In this document: piece after piece, positions 8,290 to 18,457 of the stretch
Position numbering within the stretch: position 1 is the first letter of the stretch
How the letters are laid out: each line of letters starts with the position of its first letter
Assembly: GCA_963169515.1 (NCBI GenBank)
Contig: CAUJEF010000140.1
Location: 96 to 64,095, forward strand
Reading direction: 5' to 3'
Length of the DNA stretch: 64,000 nucleotides
DNA from: Bdellovibrionota bacterium
Lineage (GTDB): Bacteria > Bdellovibrionota > Bdellovibrionia > Bdellovibrionales > JAEYZS01
Program-made: the position numbers and the translations under genes
Notes under the pieces: generated by a model
What the model was told of the DNA's origin: nothing
The model's database searches: none
What the model saw: the letters and a program-made list of their open reading frames with translations, nothing else

Positions 8290-9227
8290 AAATTGCGCTT
8301 TAGATTTGAAAGTACTTTTTCAAATGAAGTCAAATCCCTAGTGTACCATTTTCTAAAATGTGTCACATCTGCAACTAATACCGGAGGATCCCCTGGGCGC
8401 TTTTCACAATTTTGGACTGTCAATTTTTTTCCAAAAATATTTTCACACTTGTTAATGACCTCTAAAATCGAGAGCCCGTTTCCACTTCCCACGTTTGAAA
8501 TAAGCGGCCCCATTTCTGCCCTTCTAAGTGCCTCGATATGAATTTCCGCAAGATCATTGACGTCGACATAGTCCCTGACGCAAGTCCCATCAGGCGTTTC
8601 ATGGTCATTACCAAAAATAGAGAAAACGTCATTCGTTTTCATTGACTGCATTATGTTTGGAACAATGTGCGTCTCAGGATTGTGATCTTCCCAAAGCTCA
8701 CCGTCAGGGTCACAGCCAACAACATTAAAATATCTCAAAATTGCGATTTGAAATTCATTTTCTTCCTGGTACTTCAAAATTTCCTTTTCGGCATTAAGCT
8801 TAGATTCACCGTAGGGACTTACCGGCGCCTGCAATGTCTGTTCTGATATTTTCTCATTGTGCACACCATACGTGGAACAGCTCGAAGAAAAGACAATTTT
8901 TTTTATATTACATTCTTTCATGGCGCTCAGAACCGATCGTGTCCCTTCTGCGTTCACATGGAAATAGAGATCTGGCTTTTGAACGGACTCACCAACCAAA
9001 GCCTTTCCCGCGAAGTGAAAAACCGCTCGTACATTATATTTTCGAAGCGTTTCAGTAACGGTTTTTGTATCTAAAATACTGGCCTTAACAAATGGCCCAA
9101 ATTTAACAAATCTCTCATGACCCGTACTTAGGTCGTCCAAAACGATTGGCTCGAGATGATTTTGTTTTGCAATTTTGCAAAAATGACTACCGACATACCC
9201 TGCACCACCAGTAACTAAAACATTCAT
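8286..9227 (-). CDS. galE: UDP-glucose 4-epimerase (NAD-dependent epimerase/dehydratase)
   Basis: 313 aa. Rossmann motif MNVLVTGGAGYVGSH, catalytic YGESKL, overall GalE-like sequence. Confidence 0.85.
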   Translation of the reverse strand: MNVLVTGGAGYVGSHFCKIAKQNHLEPIVLDDLSTGHERFVKFGPFVKASILDTKTVTETLRKYNVRAVFHFAGKALVGESVQKPDLYFHVNAEGTRSVLSAMKECNIKKIVFSSSCSTYGVHNEKISEQTLQAPVSPYGESKLNAEKEILKYQEENEFQIAILRYFNVVGCDPDGELWEDHNPETHIVPNIMQSMKTNDVFSIFGNDHETPDGTCVRDYVDVNDLAEIHIEALRRAEMGPLISNVGSGNGLSILEVINKCENIFGKKLTVQNCEKRPGDPPVLVADVTHFRKWYTRDLTSFEKVLSNLKRNF

Positions 9228-9291
9228 GTACTTGAGCCTATCATACCTTCATGCCAAAATTAAAATCTAAGTCTATTTCACCGGAGGATAA

Positions 9292-10011
9292 ATGAATGTT
9301 TCTATAGTTATTCCCGCCTTTAATGAAAGCCGCCGACTGCCTGCTACGATTGAAAAACTCATGGCTTTAAATTCAGCTGGGGAATTTAAAAATATTACGA
9401 TACACGAAGTCATTGTGATTGACGATGGCTCGTCGGACAACACAGTCGAGATTTGCAAAAACTTTGCAAAGAAATATTCAACAGTCAAGGTGCTTGAAAG
9501 TGGAAAGAATTTCGGAAAAGGCCACGCTGTACGAATTGGACTTATGAATGTCAAAGGCGAATACGCGCTAATGGCCGATGCAGATATGGCAACCCCTTGG
9601 ACCGAACTTAACAAGCTCAGAAAATATCTTGAATCTTCGACTTCACACATTGCAATTGGATCGCGAGATCTACCTGAAAGCGACATCAGGACCCACCAAT
9701 CATTTCTGCGCGAACACTTGGGAAAACTCTTTAATTTCTTTGTCCGATCAATCACGGGATTGAAGTTCAAGGATACTCAGTGCGGATTTAAGCTCTTCAA
9801 CATGGCTTACATAAAACCCATTTTGTCAGAACTAAAAGTAAATAGATTTGCATGGGATGTTGAATTTCTCTTCCGTGCGAAAGCTCACGGACTTACGATG
9901 ATTGAAGTCCCAGTACAGTGGGAGCATCAAAATGAAAGTCGCGTAAATCCGATAAAAGACGGTCTGCAAATGGCCTGGACTGTAATTAAAATTCGCGTTG
10001 GAATACTATAG
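9292..10011 (+). CDS. Family 2 glycosyltransferase (polyprenyl-phosphate glycosyltransferase-like)
   Basis: 239 aa. Motifs VSIVIPAFNESRRLP, VIVIDDGSSDNT, ADADMATP (DxD-like). GGAGGA Shine-Dalgarno upstream. Confidence 0.8.
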   Translation: MNVSIVIPAFNESRRLPATIEKLMALNSAGEFKNITIHEVIVIDDGSSDNTVEICKNFAKKYSTVKVLESGKNFGKGHAVRIGLMNVKGEYALMADADMATPWTELNKLRKYLESSTSHIAIGSRDLPESDIRTHQSFLREHLGKLFNFFVRSITGLKFKDTQCGFKLFNMAYIKPILSELKVNRFAWDVEFLFRAKAHGLTMIEVPVQWEHQNESRVNPIKDGLQMAWTVIKIRVGIL

Positions 10012-10578
10012 TAGGCCTTCTATCATACTCAAGACCTGTGGATCCATCCAATCTATGGAACCAGCGACCTTCTTTATCAACTTTAAATCGCTAGTCACAA
10101 TGTAGGACTCTGGCAATTTGCTCGTTCCGAATTGGTCCGCAACTTTCATCTCGGGGTCCCAAACAAAAATAAAATGATTTTCTCTTCGTGCTTTAAAAAT
10201 ATCTAAAAAATCGAGCATTTCTTTTTTATTGGAATCCATGGATATTGCAATAAGGCCGACCTTTCCATTAAAATGCTTCACAAGCTTAATCATGGAAGGA
10301 AACTCATCTACACAGGGACCGCACCACGATGCCCAGAAGTTGATGATTAGTACTTTATGGTTTGCACTTGGTTTGAGAACATATGGTTCGCCCTCAATCA
10401 ATTTAGATTCAAAGCGCGGAACACCATCGTGTCGCATCTGCTCATATTGATCATTGACGACTTCAGACGGTGTTTCTTTATCTAAGCTACTGGAAATAAA
10501 CTGATAAACAAAAAAAACAACAGCAAAAAGGCCTACAACAAACATTGCAGTTTTTCCAAAACTGCCTTGCTTAGCCAT
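10006..10578 (-). CDS. TlpA/ResA-family thiol-disulfide oxidoreductase (membrane-anchored thioredoxin fold)
   Basis: 190 aa. N-terminal TM helix. Active site FWASWCGPCVDEFP. The start lies 3 nt after the rplQ stop. Confidence 0.8.
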   Translation of the reverse strand: MAKQGSFGKTAMFVVGLFAVVFFVYQFISSSLDKETPSEVVNDQYEQMRHDGVPRFESKLIEGEPYVLKPSANHKVLIINFWASWCGPCVDEFPSMIKLVKHFNGKVGLIAISMDSNKKEMLDFLDIFKARRENHFIFVWDPEMKVADQFGTSKLPESYIVTSDLKLIKKVAGSIDWMDPQVLSMIEGLL

Positions 10579-10581
10579 TTA

Positions 10582-11070
10582 CTATTCTTTAGCTTTCTTG
10601 GCTGTTTTTACTTCCGCTTTTGTTTCTTTTTTTGGTTTAGCTACTTTCGAAGCTTTTGCTTTTTTTGCAGCTTTCACGCCTTTTGCGTCTTCACCAGTAA
10701 GTTTTTTAACTTCGTAATCAACCCATTCAATATAGGCAACTTGTGCATTGTCTCCCGGACGATTTCCGGCTTTTACAATACGAGTGTAGCCACCGTTGCG
10801 GTCTTTAAATCGTGGGGCTAAGTCTGAAAAAAGAGTTTGAATTGTTTTCGGGCTAGGATATTTCGATAGCAAAACCCGTCTCGCGTTTAGAGTGTTACGC
10901 TTTGCAACGGTAATAGCCTTCTCTGCGTGACGACGCAACTCCTTTGCTTTTGCCAAAGTTGTCTTAATACGACCATGTTCAACCAATGAATAAACTAAAC
11001 CACGAACTACTGCGATTCTTTGATCTTTTGGTCTTCCAAAACGCTGTGTACGCGCTGCATGTCGGCTCAT
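10582..11070 (-). CDS. rplQ: 50S ribosomal protein L17 with Lys/Ala-rich C-terminal extension
   Basis: 162 aa. L17 core (RHAEKAITVAKR...GGYTRIVK...AYIEWVD) plus a ~44-aa KKAKASKVAKPKK tail. Follows rpoA. Confidence 0.95.
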   Translation of the reverse strand: MSRHAARTQRFGRPKDQRIAVVRGLVYSLVEHGRIKTTLAKAKELRRHAEKAITVAKRNTLNARRVLLSKYPSPKTIQTLFSDLAPRFKDRNGGYTRIVKAGNRPGDNAQVAYIEWVDYEVKKLTGEDAKGVKAAKKAKASKVAKPKKETKAEVKTAKKAKE

Positions 11071-11086
11071 ATCCTACCTCTATTAA

Positions 11087-12106
11087 TTAGTTCGGCTTTC
11101 TCTGAGTTTCTGGATTCCACCCGGGAGGCGGCCACCCATCAATTTTCATTCCCAAAGACAATCCCATTTCAGATAACAATTCTTTAATTTCATTTAGTGA
11201 TTTGCGGCCGAAGTTTTTCGTTTTAAGCATTTCTGCTTCAGATCGAGTTACAAGCTCACCGATGTAACGAATGTTTGCATTTTTCAAACAGTTCGCGCTA
11301 CGAACTGAAAGTTCCAAATCATCGACTGATCGAAAAAGATTTTCATTCAATTTAGGAGAGGATGTTTTCTCTTCCGAAGTTTCCGGTTCGGTTGCTTCGT
11401 CGAAATCAATAAACACCTGTAACTGTTCTTTCATAATTTTCGAGCTGAGAGCTAATGATTCTTCTGGCTTTAGTGAACCGTCAGTCCAAATCTCAAGAGT
11501 CAATGCATCATAGTCAGTTCTTTGCCCAACACGTGCATTTGAAACAGTGTAGTTCACACGCTTTACCGGGGTATATAAGCTATCGATTGCAATAAATCCA
11601 ACGGGAAGACCCTGTGATTGATTTTCTGCAGAAACATATCCACGACCGTACTGAACAACAACCTCTGCATTCAGTTTTCCGTTTTTACCAAGCGTACAAA
11701 TGTGTTGATCTGGGTTCAGAACTTCAATGTTATCATTCAACTGAATATCCGCAGCTGTGACCGTGCCAGGCCCGTCTTTTACAATTCGAAGCGTAGTTGG
11801 TTCAGCATTATATTTGCGGAAGCGCACCAATTTTAAGTTCAAAATAATGTCCGTCACATCCTCCGTTACGTCTGGAATGGTCGAGAACTCATGCAACACG
11901 CCATCAAAGCGAACCGCAGAAACAGCAGAACCCATCATCGAACTCAGTAAGATTCTACGAAGCGAGTTCCCAATTGTAACGCCGTAGCCCTTTTCAAGGG
12001 GGCGAACCACAAACTTTCCGTATGTAGATTTTAGGGAATCGCGATCGATCTCGAAGCTTTTCGGCTTAATGAGATCTCTCCAAAATTTGTAATAGGATTC
12101 TTGCAT
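11087..12106 (-). CDS. rpoA: DNA-directed RNA polymerase subunit alpha
   Basis: 339 aa. N-terminal assembly domain ([12 protein letters not shown]) and C-terminal domain ([23 protein letters not shown]). Confidence 0.97.
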   Translation of the reverse strand: MQESYYKFWRDLIKPKSFEIDRDSLKSTYGKFVVRPLEKGYGVTIGNSLRRILLSSMMGSAVSAVRFDGVLHEFSTIPDVTEDVTDIILNLKLVRFRKYNAEPTTLRIVKDGPGTVTAADIQLNDNIEVLNPDQHICTLGKNGKLNAEVVVQYGRGYVSAENQSQGLPVGFIAIDSLYTPVKRVNYTVSNARVGQRTDYDALTLEIWTDGSLKPEESLALSSKIMKEQLQVFIDFDEATEPETSEEKTSSPKLNENLFRSVDDLELSVRSANCLKNANIRYIGELVTRSEAEMLKTKNFGRKSLNEIKELLSEMGLSLGMKIDGWPPPGWNPETQRKPN

Positions 12107-12141
12107 GACTTCTCCTCTTTTTCTTCACAAATAACTATCAA

Positions 12142-12173
12142 AAATCCGATTTGCCCATGGGCAAATACGATTT
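12142..12173 (-). promoter_or_regulatory. Inverted repeat / possible attenuator hairpin in the rpsK-rpoA spacer
   Basis: Perfect 18-bp palindrome ATTTGCCCATGGGCAAAT (12149..12166) within a 32-bp imperfect inverted repeat. On the minus-strand transcript it is followed by CGGAUUUUUGAU. Confidence 0.35.
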
Positions 12174-12185
12174 GGTTTTAAAAAA

Positions 12186-12587
12186 TTAAACTCTTCTTCT
12201 TTTAGGGGGACGGCATCCATTATGTGGAACGGGTGTCGTATCTTTAATGGTCATCACTCGGATACCAGCCGCCGCAAGCGCACGGAGGGCAGTCTCACGA
12301 CCTGCCCCAGGACCACTAACCAGTACGTTTACGGATTTTAAGTTTGAATCAGCGGCACTTTTGCAGGCGTCTTCCGCTGTAACTTGAGCTGCATAGGGCG
12401 TACCCTTACGGCTTCCTTTAAATCCCATTTTTCCTGCGCTCGACCAAGCAATCGTATTTCCTGTAGGATCTGTCATCGTAACGATGATGTTTCCAAATCC
12501 TGCAGTGATGTAACAAACTCCCGTTGGGACGTTTCGCTTCACCTTTTTCTTTGCGGGCGCTTTTTTTTCTTGTTGTTGTTCAGCCAT
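12186..12587 (-). CDS. rpsK: 30S ribosomal protein S11
   Basis: 133 aa. Motifs [14 protein letters not shown] and [20 protein letters not shown]. Confidence 0.97.
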   Translation of the reverse strand: MAEQQQEKKAPAKKKVKRNVPTGVCYITAGFGNIIVTMTDPTGNTIAWSSAGKMGFKGSRKGTPYAAQVTAEDACKSAADSNLKSVNVLVSGPGAGRETALRALAAAGIRVMTIKDTTPVPHNGCRPPKRRRV

Positions 12588-12626
12588 TTTTAAATCTCCA
12601 TCGAGCTAGCAATCAAATTAAAATCA

Positions 12627-13010
12627 TCAACCTGTCGTTGGCGCTTTTTTCTTATTCGCAACCGTTTTTCTTGGGCCTTTACGTGTACGCGCATTCGATT
12701 TCGAACGCTGACCGCGAACGGGAAGACCCTTCCTATGACGAACACCACGATAGCATCCCAAATCCATCAAACGTTTTATTGAAAGCGAAACGTCCTTGCG
12801 CAAATCACCTTCCACTTTAAAATCTCTCTCTAGAATCTCACGAACTTTTGCAATATCAGCATCAGTTAAATTATCTGTCCGAAGACTGTCGGAAAACCCC
12901 GCCTCCGTACAAATTTTTTGCGCAGTTGTGTTTCCAATTCCGTAAATATACGTAAGTGCAACGACAACTCTTTTATTTCTTGGTAAATCAACACCTGCTA
13001 ACCGTGCCAT
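12627..13010 (-). CDS. rpsM: 30S ribosomal protein S13
   Basis: 127 aa. [15 protein letters not shown]...[18 protein letters not shown]. Confidence 0.97.
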   Translation of the reverse strand: MARLAGVDLPRNKRVVVALTYIYGIGNTTAQKICTEAGFSDSLRTDNLTDADIAKVREILERDFKVEGDLRKDVSLSIKRLMDLGCYRGVRHRKGLPVRGQRSKSNARTRKGPRKTVANKKKAPTTG

Positions 13011-13013
13011 TGA

Positions 13014-13127
13014 TTATCCTTGCCTTTGTTTATGTTTAGTATTTTCACAAATCACGCGCACTATGCCCCGGCGACGAATGATTTTACATTTGTTACAAAT
13101 TTTCTTAACTGAAGCTCGAACTTTCAT
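13014..13127 (-). CDS. rpmJ: 50S ribosomal protein L36
   Basis: Not in the ORF track (below its size cut-off). My translation of the minus strand gives [37 protein letters not shown], 37 aa, with a GAGGAAAG Shine-Dalgarno upstream. Confidence 0.9.
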   Translation of the reverse strand: MKVRASVKKICNKCKIIRRRGIVRVICENTKHKQRQG

Positions 13128-13214
13128 AACTTTCCTCTAATAAATTTTTAGGGCTTGTAAGCCGCACAGCATACTCTATGCCAACGCTTCGATTCAAGCG
13201 TTTTCAAATGTTTC

Positions 13215-13859
13215 TTAGGCATCTAAAACCTTCGAAATCCTTTGATAAACTTGATCTTGACCACCCGTTCCATCAACCTCAATATACAGCCCTTTTTTTC
13301 GGTAATAGTCCTTTAACGGGGCGGTATTATCTTCGTATATGTTCAACCGATTTTCTATGACATCTTCCTTATCGTCAGGTCTTTGAATAACCTGGCCACC
13401 GCAGACGTCGCAAATGCCTTCCTTTTGAGGGGGCTTGGTCTCGATATGGTAGACAGCCCCACAATTTTTACACACTCGCCGCCCCGTCAAACGGTTAATT
13501 AGCAGCTTTTTATCTACTTCTAAGAAAACTGCCATATCCAGCTTCAAGCTAAGCTGAGTAAGCAGTTCATTTAAGGCCTCGGCCTGCGTTGAATTTCTAG
13601 GAAATCCATCAAGGATAAAGCTCTCGTTTTTCTTTAACTTTTTTAAAACCTCGCGAATTAAGCCAATCGTAATTTCATCTGGAACCAGCTGTCCTTGATC
13701 CATGAACCTTTTGGCTAATTTGCCCAACTCTGTTTGATTCTTAATTGCAGCCCGAAACAAATCGCCCGTGCTAAAATGCCTGTAAGTATTTTTCTCTACC
13801 AACAGTGCAGACTGGGTGCCCTTACCTGATCCTGGAGCGCCAAACAGAATGAGGTTCAA
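13215..13859 (-). CDS. adk: Adenylate kinase (zinc-lid type)
   Basis: 214 aa. P-loop [10 protein letters not shown]. Lid motifs CKNCGAVYH...CDVCGG. Confidence 0.95.
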   Translation of the reverse strand: MNLILFGAPGSGKGTQSALLVEKNTYRHFSTGDLFRAAIKNQTELGKLAKRFMDQGQLVPDEITIGLIREVLKKLKKNESFILDGFPRNSTQAEALNELLTQLSLKLDMAVFLEVDKKLLINRLTGRRVCKNCGAVYHIETKPPQKEGICDVCGGQVIQRPDDKEDVIENRLNIYEDNTAPLKDYYRKKGLYIEVDGTGGQDQVYQRISKVLDA

Positions 13860-15178
13860 TATTGTACCCTCCTGCCACGGATTTTCTTGCCTTTCAAAAA
13901 ACCTTCATACTGTTGAGAAATCAAGTAAGATTGAATCTGTTGTGTCGTATCTATAGCAACACCCACAGCAATCAAAATACTTGTTCCGCCAAAGTAAAAT
14001 GGAACGCCCATTTTGTGTTGAAGCAACGACGGTAAGACGCATATCACGCTTAGATACGCGGCACCCGCCACATTAATTCTTTGTAAAACTTTAAAAATAT
14101 AGTCAGATGTATTTTGTCCAGCTCGAATTCCAGGAATAAAACCACCGTATTTTTTCAAATTTTCTGCAACGTCTTTCGGGTTAAAAACAATTTCTGTATA
14201 AAAAAAACAGAAAAATACTATTAAGCCAATAAACGTAAAATTGAATAACAAACCTGTCGGTGACAATGCATCCCGAAGAGCCACAACCCAAGGAACATTC
14301 GTAAACTGCGCAATGGTTGAGGGAAACATCAATAAGCTACTTGCAAAAATTGGTGGTATAACTCCTGAGAAGTTAATTTTCAGAGGCAAGTAACTCGATG
14401 GCGTCGACAGAGATCCCTGAGGTCCCATCTGTCTTTGCGAATACTGGATCGGAATTCGGCGCTGTCCAGTTTCTAAATAAATGATTATGCCAATAATCAG
14501 AACCATAAATGCAAGGATCGCAATCGCACCCAACCCAACCATTTGGTTCGTTTTAACAAGTTCAAGCATCTTAAGCCCGCTTGCAGGAACCCCCGCAACG
14601 ATACCTGAAAAGATCACAAGACTTGAGCCATTTCCGATACCGCGTTCAGTGATTTGTTCACTTATCCACATAATAAAGCAGGTTCCTGCCGTTAGCGTGA
14701 TGATTGTCATAACCTCAAACGGAATAATTCCAACACTGGATGCATAAACGAGCGGATGACCATCTGGGCTCGATGTATTTTTCAAAAAAGTTGAAATTCC
14801 ATAGCCCTGAATAACCGCAAGGGCAACAGTTGCGTACCTTGTATACTGAGTGATCTTTTTTTGTCCTTGGGTCCCTTCTTTCTTCAAAGACTCCAGGGCT
14901 GGGACCACCGATGTCAGAAGCTGAAAAATAATTGAGCTTGAAATATAAGGCATGATCCCCAATGCGAAGATGCTGAATCGCTCAAGCGCTCCGCCTGTGA
15001 ATGTATTAAAAAGGTTAAAAATCCCACCCGTTTGTTGGAAGAACTTCATCACCTCTGTTCCGTCTACACCTGGGGTTGGAATGTGCACGCCGATTCGGTA
15101 AATAATAAGAATCATTACAGTAAAAAGAATTCGTTTTCTTAGTTCCTGATTTAAAATCAGCCCTTGGACGCCAGACAC
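13856..15178 (-). CDS. secY: Preprotein translocase subunit SecY
   Basis: 440 aa polytopic membrane protein. Motifs [19 protein letters not shown] and [13 protein letters not shown] start. Confidence 0.95.
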   Translation of the reverse strand: MSGVQGLILNQELRKRILFTVMILIIYRIGVHIPTPGVDGTEVMKFFQQTGGIFNLFNTFTGGALERFSIFALGIMPYISSSIIFQLLTSVVPALESLKKEGTQGQKKITQYTRYATVALAVIQGYGISTFLKNTSSPDGHPLVYASSVGIIPFEVMTIITLTAGTCFIMWISEQITERGIGNGSSLVIFSGIVAGVPASGLKMLELVKTNQMVGLGAIAILAFMVLIIGIIIYLETGQRRIPIQYSQRQMGPQGSLSTPSSYLPLKINFSGVIPPIFASSLLMFPSTIAQFTNVPWVVALRDALSPTGLLFNFTFIGLIVFFCFFYTEIVFNPKDVAENLKKYGGFIPGIRAGQNTSDYIFKVLQRINVAGAAYLSVICVLPSLLQHKMGVPFYFGGTSILIAVGVAIDTTQQIQSYLISQQYEGFLKGKKIRGRRVQY

Positions 15179-15194
15179 AGATGAAACCTCCGTA

Positions 15195-15638
15195 CTAGTT
15201 GATAATCTCTATTTTGCCACCTGCTTTTTCAATTGCAGCTTTTGCAGATGCGCTGAATTTGTGTGCCTTTACAGTTAATGCTTTTGTGAGCTTTCCATTC
15301 CCGAGGATTTTAACCGGCCCCATTCTTTTAACGTATTTTTTCTTTTTCAAAACTTCTGGGGTCACTTCACCCGTTAGCTTTTCTAATTGAGCAAGATTTA
15401 CAATATTAAATACGACTTCGAAATCAACATTAGAAAATCCAGTTTTCGGGATCCTCATATGCATCGGTTTTTGACCACCTTCAAAACCTGGTCGAACTCC
15501 GCCACCCGTTCTTGCGAATTGTCCTTTGTGACCTTTTGTAGATGTCCCCCCGTATCCGGAGCCCGGACCGCGGCCCAAACGTTTTTGATAATGAGTCGCG
15601 CCTTTATTTGCCTTTAGTTTCGATAAAAGATTGCCCAT
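15195..15638 (-). CDS. rplO: 50S ribosomal protein L15
   Basis: 147 aa. RLGRGPGSGYGGTSTKGHKGQ... Confidence 0.95.
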   Translation of the reverse strand: MGNLLSKLKANKGATHYQKRLGRGPGSGYGGTSTKGHKGQFARTGGGVRPGFEGGQKPMHMRIPKTGFSNVDFEVVFNIVNLAQLEKLTGEVTPEVLKKKKYVKRMGPVKILGNGKLTKALTVKAHKFSASAKAAIEKAGGKIEIIN

Positions 15639-15640
15639 GA

Positions 15641-15826
15641 TTATTTCCTTACTTGAACTTCAACTAAGTGTTGAACCTTATAAACTTGACCACGATTAGC
15701 CGGCGTATCGTTTACTTCAACTGTGTGACCAATACGACGAAGACCAATACACCTCATCGTTTCCCTTTGAGAGTCTGTACAGCCCCTTAAACCTCTGATT
15801 TGTTTAACTACAAAAACCTTCGCCAT
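15641..15826 (-). CDS. rpmD: 50S ribosomal protein L30
   Basis: 61 aa, in the conserved position between rpsE and rplO. ...[16 protein letters not shown]... Confidence 0.92.
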   Translation of the reverse strand: MAKVFVVKQIRGLRGCTDSQRETMRCIGLRRIGHTVEVNDTPANRGQVYKVQHLVEVQVRK

Positions 15827-15845
15827 AAAAATCCTTTGTTTCCTA

Positions 15846-16340
15846 TTATTCTTTACGTAGAGCTTTTATTTGTTCTTCTTGCAACATTTGAGCAAGACCG
15901 TTGAGTGTCGCACGAACTGCATTATGCGGGTTACTCGTTCCAACGAGTTTTGTAAGAATGTTCTTAATTCCAACAGTTTCAAGAACCGCACGAACCGCAC
16001 CGCCCGCGATAACACCAGTACCTTGTTTCGCCGGCATCAGCATCACTTTTGCTGAGCCATAGCGACCAATGGCTTCGTGTGGAATTGTTCCCTCTTTGAT
16101 TGCCATGAACCTTACATTTTTTTTGGCGCATCGGCCTGCTTTTCCAATTGCCTCTGGAACTTCGTTAGCTTTGCCAAGTCCGATGCCAACCTTTCCGTTT
16201 CCATCACCGACAACCACCAACGCAGAGAAAGAAAATCTACGTCCCCCCTTCACAACCTTTGCACAACGACGAATGGACACAACTCTTTCTTCGAATTCTT
16301 TTTTCTCAGCTCTTTCAGTTCTATCTTGTTTTTCGCTCAC
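15846..16340 (-). CDS. rpsE: 30S ribosomal protein S5
   Basis: 164 aa. [30 protein letters not shown]... Confidence 0.96.
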   Translation of the reverse strand: MSEKQDRTERAEKKEFEERVVSIRRCAKVVKGGRRFSFSALVVVGDGNGKVGIGLGKANEVPEAIGKAGRCAKKNVRFMAIKEGTIPHEAIGRYGSAKVMLMPAKQGTGVIAGGAVRAVLETVGIKNILTKLVGTSNPHNAVRATLNGLAQMLQEEQIKALRKE

Positions 16341-16381
16341 TTAATTTCTCCATGCCGCACCCAACGGCCTAAGTTAATAGT

Positions 16382-16747
16382 TTAGAAGTTTAGCCCTGCT
16401 TCACGGGCTGCATCTGCAAAGGCTTTCACCCTTCCGTGATACAAATAACCACTTCGATCAAATACAAATTTGTCCAATTTTTTACTTAAAGCTTGCTTTG
16501 CAAACTCTTTTGCAAGAGCAACCGCACCTTCTTTGTTTGAAGTTGCTTTTAAATCTTGAGTTGTAGCCGCAACCAAAGTAGTTCCGGTGATGTCGTCAAT
16601 CGCTTGAACGCTGATATGTCTTAGGCTGCGATAGATTGCCAGCCGAGGACGCTCTAACGTACCCCAAAGCTTTTTTCTAATCCGCATTTTCTTTTTCAAT
16701 CGCGCTGATCGCTTTTTTGCAGTCGACTTGTGTACTTTTAACTTCAT
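16382..16747 (-). CDS. rplR: 50S ribosomal protein L18
   Basis: 121 aa. ...RPRLAIYRSLRHISVQAIDD...FDRSGYLYHGRVKAFADAAREAGL. Confidence 0.95.
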   Translation of the reverse strand: MKLKVHKSTAKKRSARLKKKMRIRKKLWGTLERPRLAIYRSLRHISVQAIDDITGTTLVAATTQDLKATSNKEGAVALAKEFAKQALSKKLDKFVFDRSGYLYHGRVKAFADAAREAGLNF

Positions 16748-16755
16748 ATTAACCT

Positions 16756-17298
16756 CTATTTACCAGCAGCTTTACCGGCTTTACGTCGTATGTTTTCGTT
16801 TGCGTATTTCACACCTTTGCCCAAGTATGGTTCTGGCGGCCTAAAATCACGAATTTCCGCGGCTACTTGTCCCACCAACTGTTTACTAGCTCCTGTGATT
16901 GTAATATTAATCTGTTTATCAACTTTAATTTCAACACCCTCTGGAATTGCATAGGTGATCGGGTGGCTAAAACCCAATGTTAATTCAAGCTGCTTTCCTT
17001 TAACTGCGGCCCTGTAACCTACTCCTACCAACTCTAGGTCTTTTGAAAAGCCCTTCGTAACCCCTTTTACAGCGTTGCTAAGAAGCGCTCTATACATACC
17101 ATGCAAAGATTTTGTTTCGTTTTCTTCGTTTTTACGAGTGAGAACGACATGATCGCCATCCACCTTTGCCGCGATATTTGCACTCAAGCGAATCGTCTGA
17201 GTGCTTTTACCACCTTTTATAGTGACCACATTGTCAGGAGACACAGTGACCTGAACGCCTTTTTCAAAAAATATCGGACTGCGACCAATTCTTGACAT
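16756..17298 (-). CDS. rplF: 50S ribosomal protein L6
   Basis: 180 aa. MSRIGRSPI...VGVGYRA...EPYLGKGVKY. Confidence 0.95.
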   Translation of the reverse strand: MSRIGRSPIFFEKGVQVTVSPDNVVTIKGGKSTQTIRLSANIAAKVDGDHVVLTRKNEENETKSLHGMYRALLSNAVKGVTKGFSKDLELVGVGYRAAVKGKQLELTLGFSHPITYAIPEGVEIKVDKQINITITGASKQLVGQVAAEIRDFRPPEPYLGKGVKYANENIRRKAGKAAGK

Positions 17299-17307
17299 AA
17301 AAACCTC

Positions 17308-17697
17308 TTACCAAATTTTGAATAAATATTCACCGCCGACGCCTTGTTCTTTGGCGGCAGCACCACTTAGAATTCCCCTACTTGTACTAATTGCAGCTAT
17401 TCCAAATCCTGAACGAACCGATGGGATTTTGTTCGCATGAACATACATACGCTTTCCCGGCTTACTCACGCGCTGAATTTCTTGAATAACCGGAACCCCT
17501 TTATCAGAATATTTCAAATAGACACGCATCATCCCCTGCTTACCGTCGTTAACGACCTTGAAATTTCGAATGAAACCTTCTTTTTGAAGGAGTTGTGCGA
17601 TTCTTTTTCTCGTATTCGAGCTAGGCACATCTACTTTTGTGTGCTTTGCAATCGAAGCATTTCTAATTCGGGTTAAAAATTCTGCTGTTGTATCCAT
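17308..17697 (-). CDS. rpsH: 30S ribosomal protein S8
   Basis: 129 aa. ...FLTRIRNA...GFGIAAISTSRGIL...GGEYLFKIW. Confidence 0.95.
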   Translation of the reverse strand: MDTTAEFLTRIRNASIAKHTKVDVPSSNTRKRIAQLLQKEGFIRNFKVVNDGKQGMMRVYLKYSDKGVPVIQEIQRVSKPGKRMYVHANKIPSVRSGFGIAAISTSRGILSGAAAKEQGVGGEYLFKIW

Positions 17698-17708
17698 TTC
17701 CTTACCTC

Positions 17709-17894
17709 TTACCAGCTGGCCTTAATTACGCCAGGCAACATTCCTTTTGAAGCCATCCCTCTAAAACACAAACGGCACATATCGAACTTTCTCAAATAAG
17801 CTCGAGGGCGACCGCAAATTGGACAGCGATTATATTCTCGAGTGCTGAACTTCTGTTTTCTTTTTGCTTTAACATTTAAAGACTTCTTAGCCAC
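17709..17894 (-). CDS. rpsN: 30S ribosomal protein S14, short zinc-binding (type Z) form
   Basis: 61 aa. [22 protein letters not shown]. Confidence 0.93.
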   Translation of the reverse strand: MAKKSLNVKAKRKQKFSTREYNRCPICGRPRAYLRKFDMCRLCFRGMASKGMLPGVIKASW

Positions 17895-17903
17895 TGATTA
17901 CTC

Positions 17904-18443
17904 CTATTGTCTGAAAGGAAAGCCGAGTTCCGCTAACAAAGCCTTCCCTTCCGCATCGTTTTTTGCCGATGTACATATTGTAATGTTCATGCCGTTCACA
18001 TCTGTCACTTTATCTAATTTAACCTCTGGAAATACGATTTGCTCTTTCAAACCCATGTTGTAGTTTCCACGGCCATCAAAACCTTTGGGAGACATACCTT
18101 TGAAATCACGCACGCGAGGCAAACTCAAATTCACCAATCGATCTAAAAATGACCACATCTTTTCGCGACGTAGTGTTACATAGCAACCGATTGGTAAACC
18201 TTGTCTTAACTTAAAGTTCGAAATCGCTTTTTTTGCTTTTGCAATAACTGGTTTTTGACCGGTAATCATTCCGAGTTCTTCTGCGGCTTGAGTGATAAGT
18301 TTCGGATTTTGAGTAGCTTTACCAATGCAAATGTTCACTACGATTTTTTCCAAGCGTGGAACTTGCATATTGCTTTTATACTGAAACTGTTTCGATAAGC
18401 TCGGTATAACGTCTTTTCTATATTTTTCTTGCAGTCGTGTCAC
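17904..18443 (-). CDS. rplE: 50S ribosomal protein L5
   Basis: 179 aa. GTG start with AAGGAAG Shine-Dalgarno. ...[19 protein letters not shown]... Confidence 0.95.
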   Translation of the reverse strand: MTRLQEKYRKDVIPSLSKQFQYKSNMQVPRLEKIVVNICIGKATQNPKLITQAAEELGMITGQKPVIAKAKKAISNFKLRQGLPIGCYVTLRREKMWSFLDRLVNLSLPRVRDFKGMSPKGFDGRGNYNMGLKEQIVFPEVKLDKVTDVNGMNITICTSAKNDAEGKALLAELGFPFRQ

Positions 18444-18457
18444 AATTGCTTCCTTTC

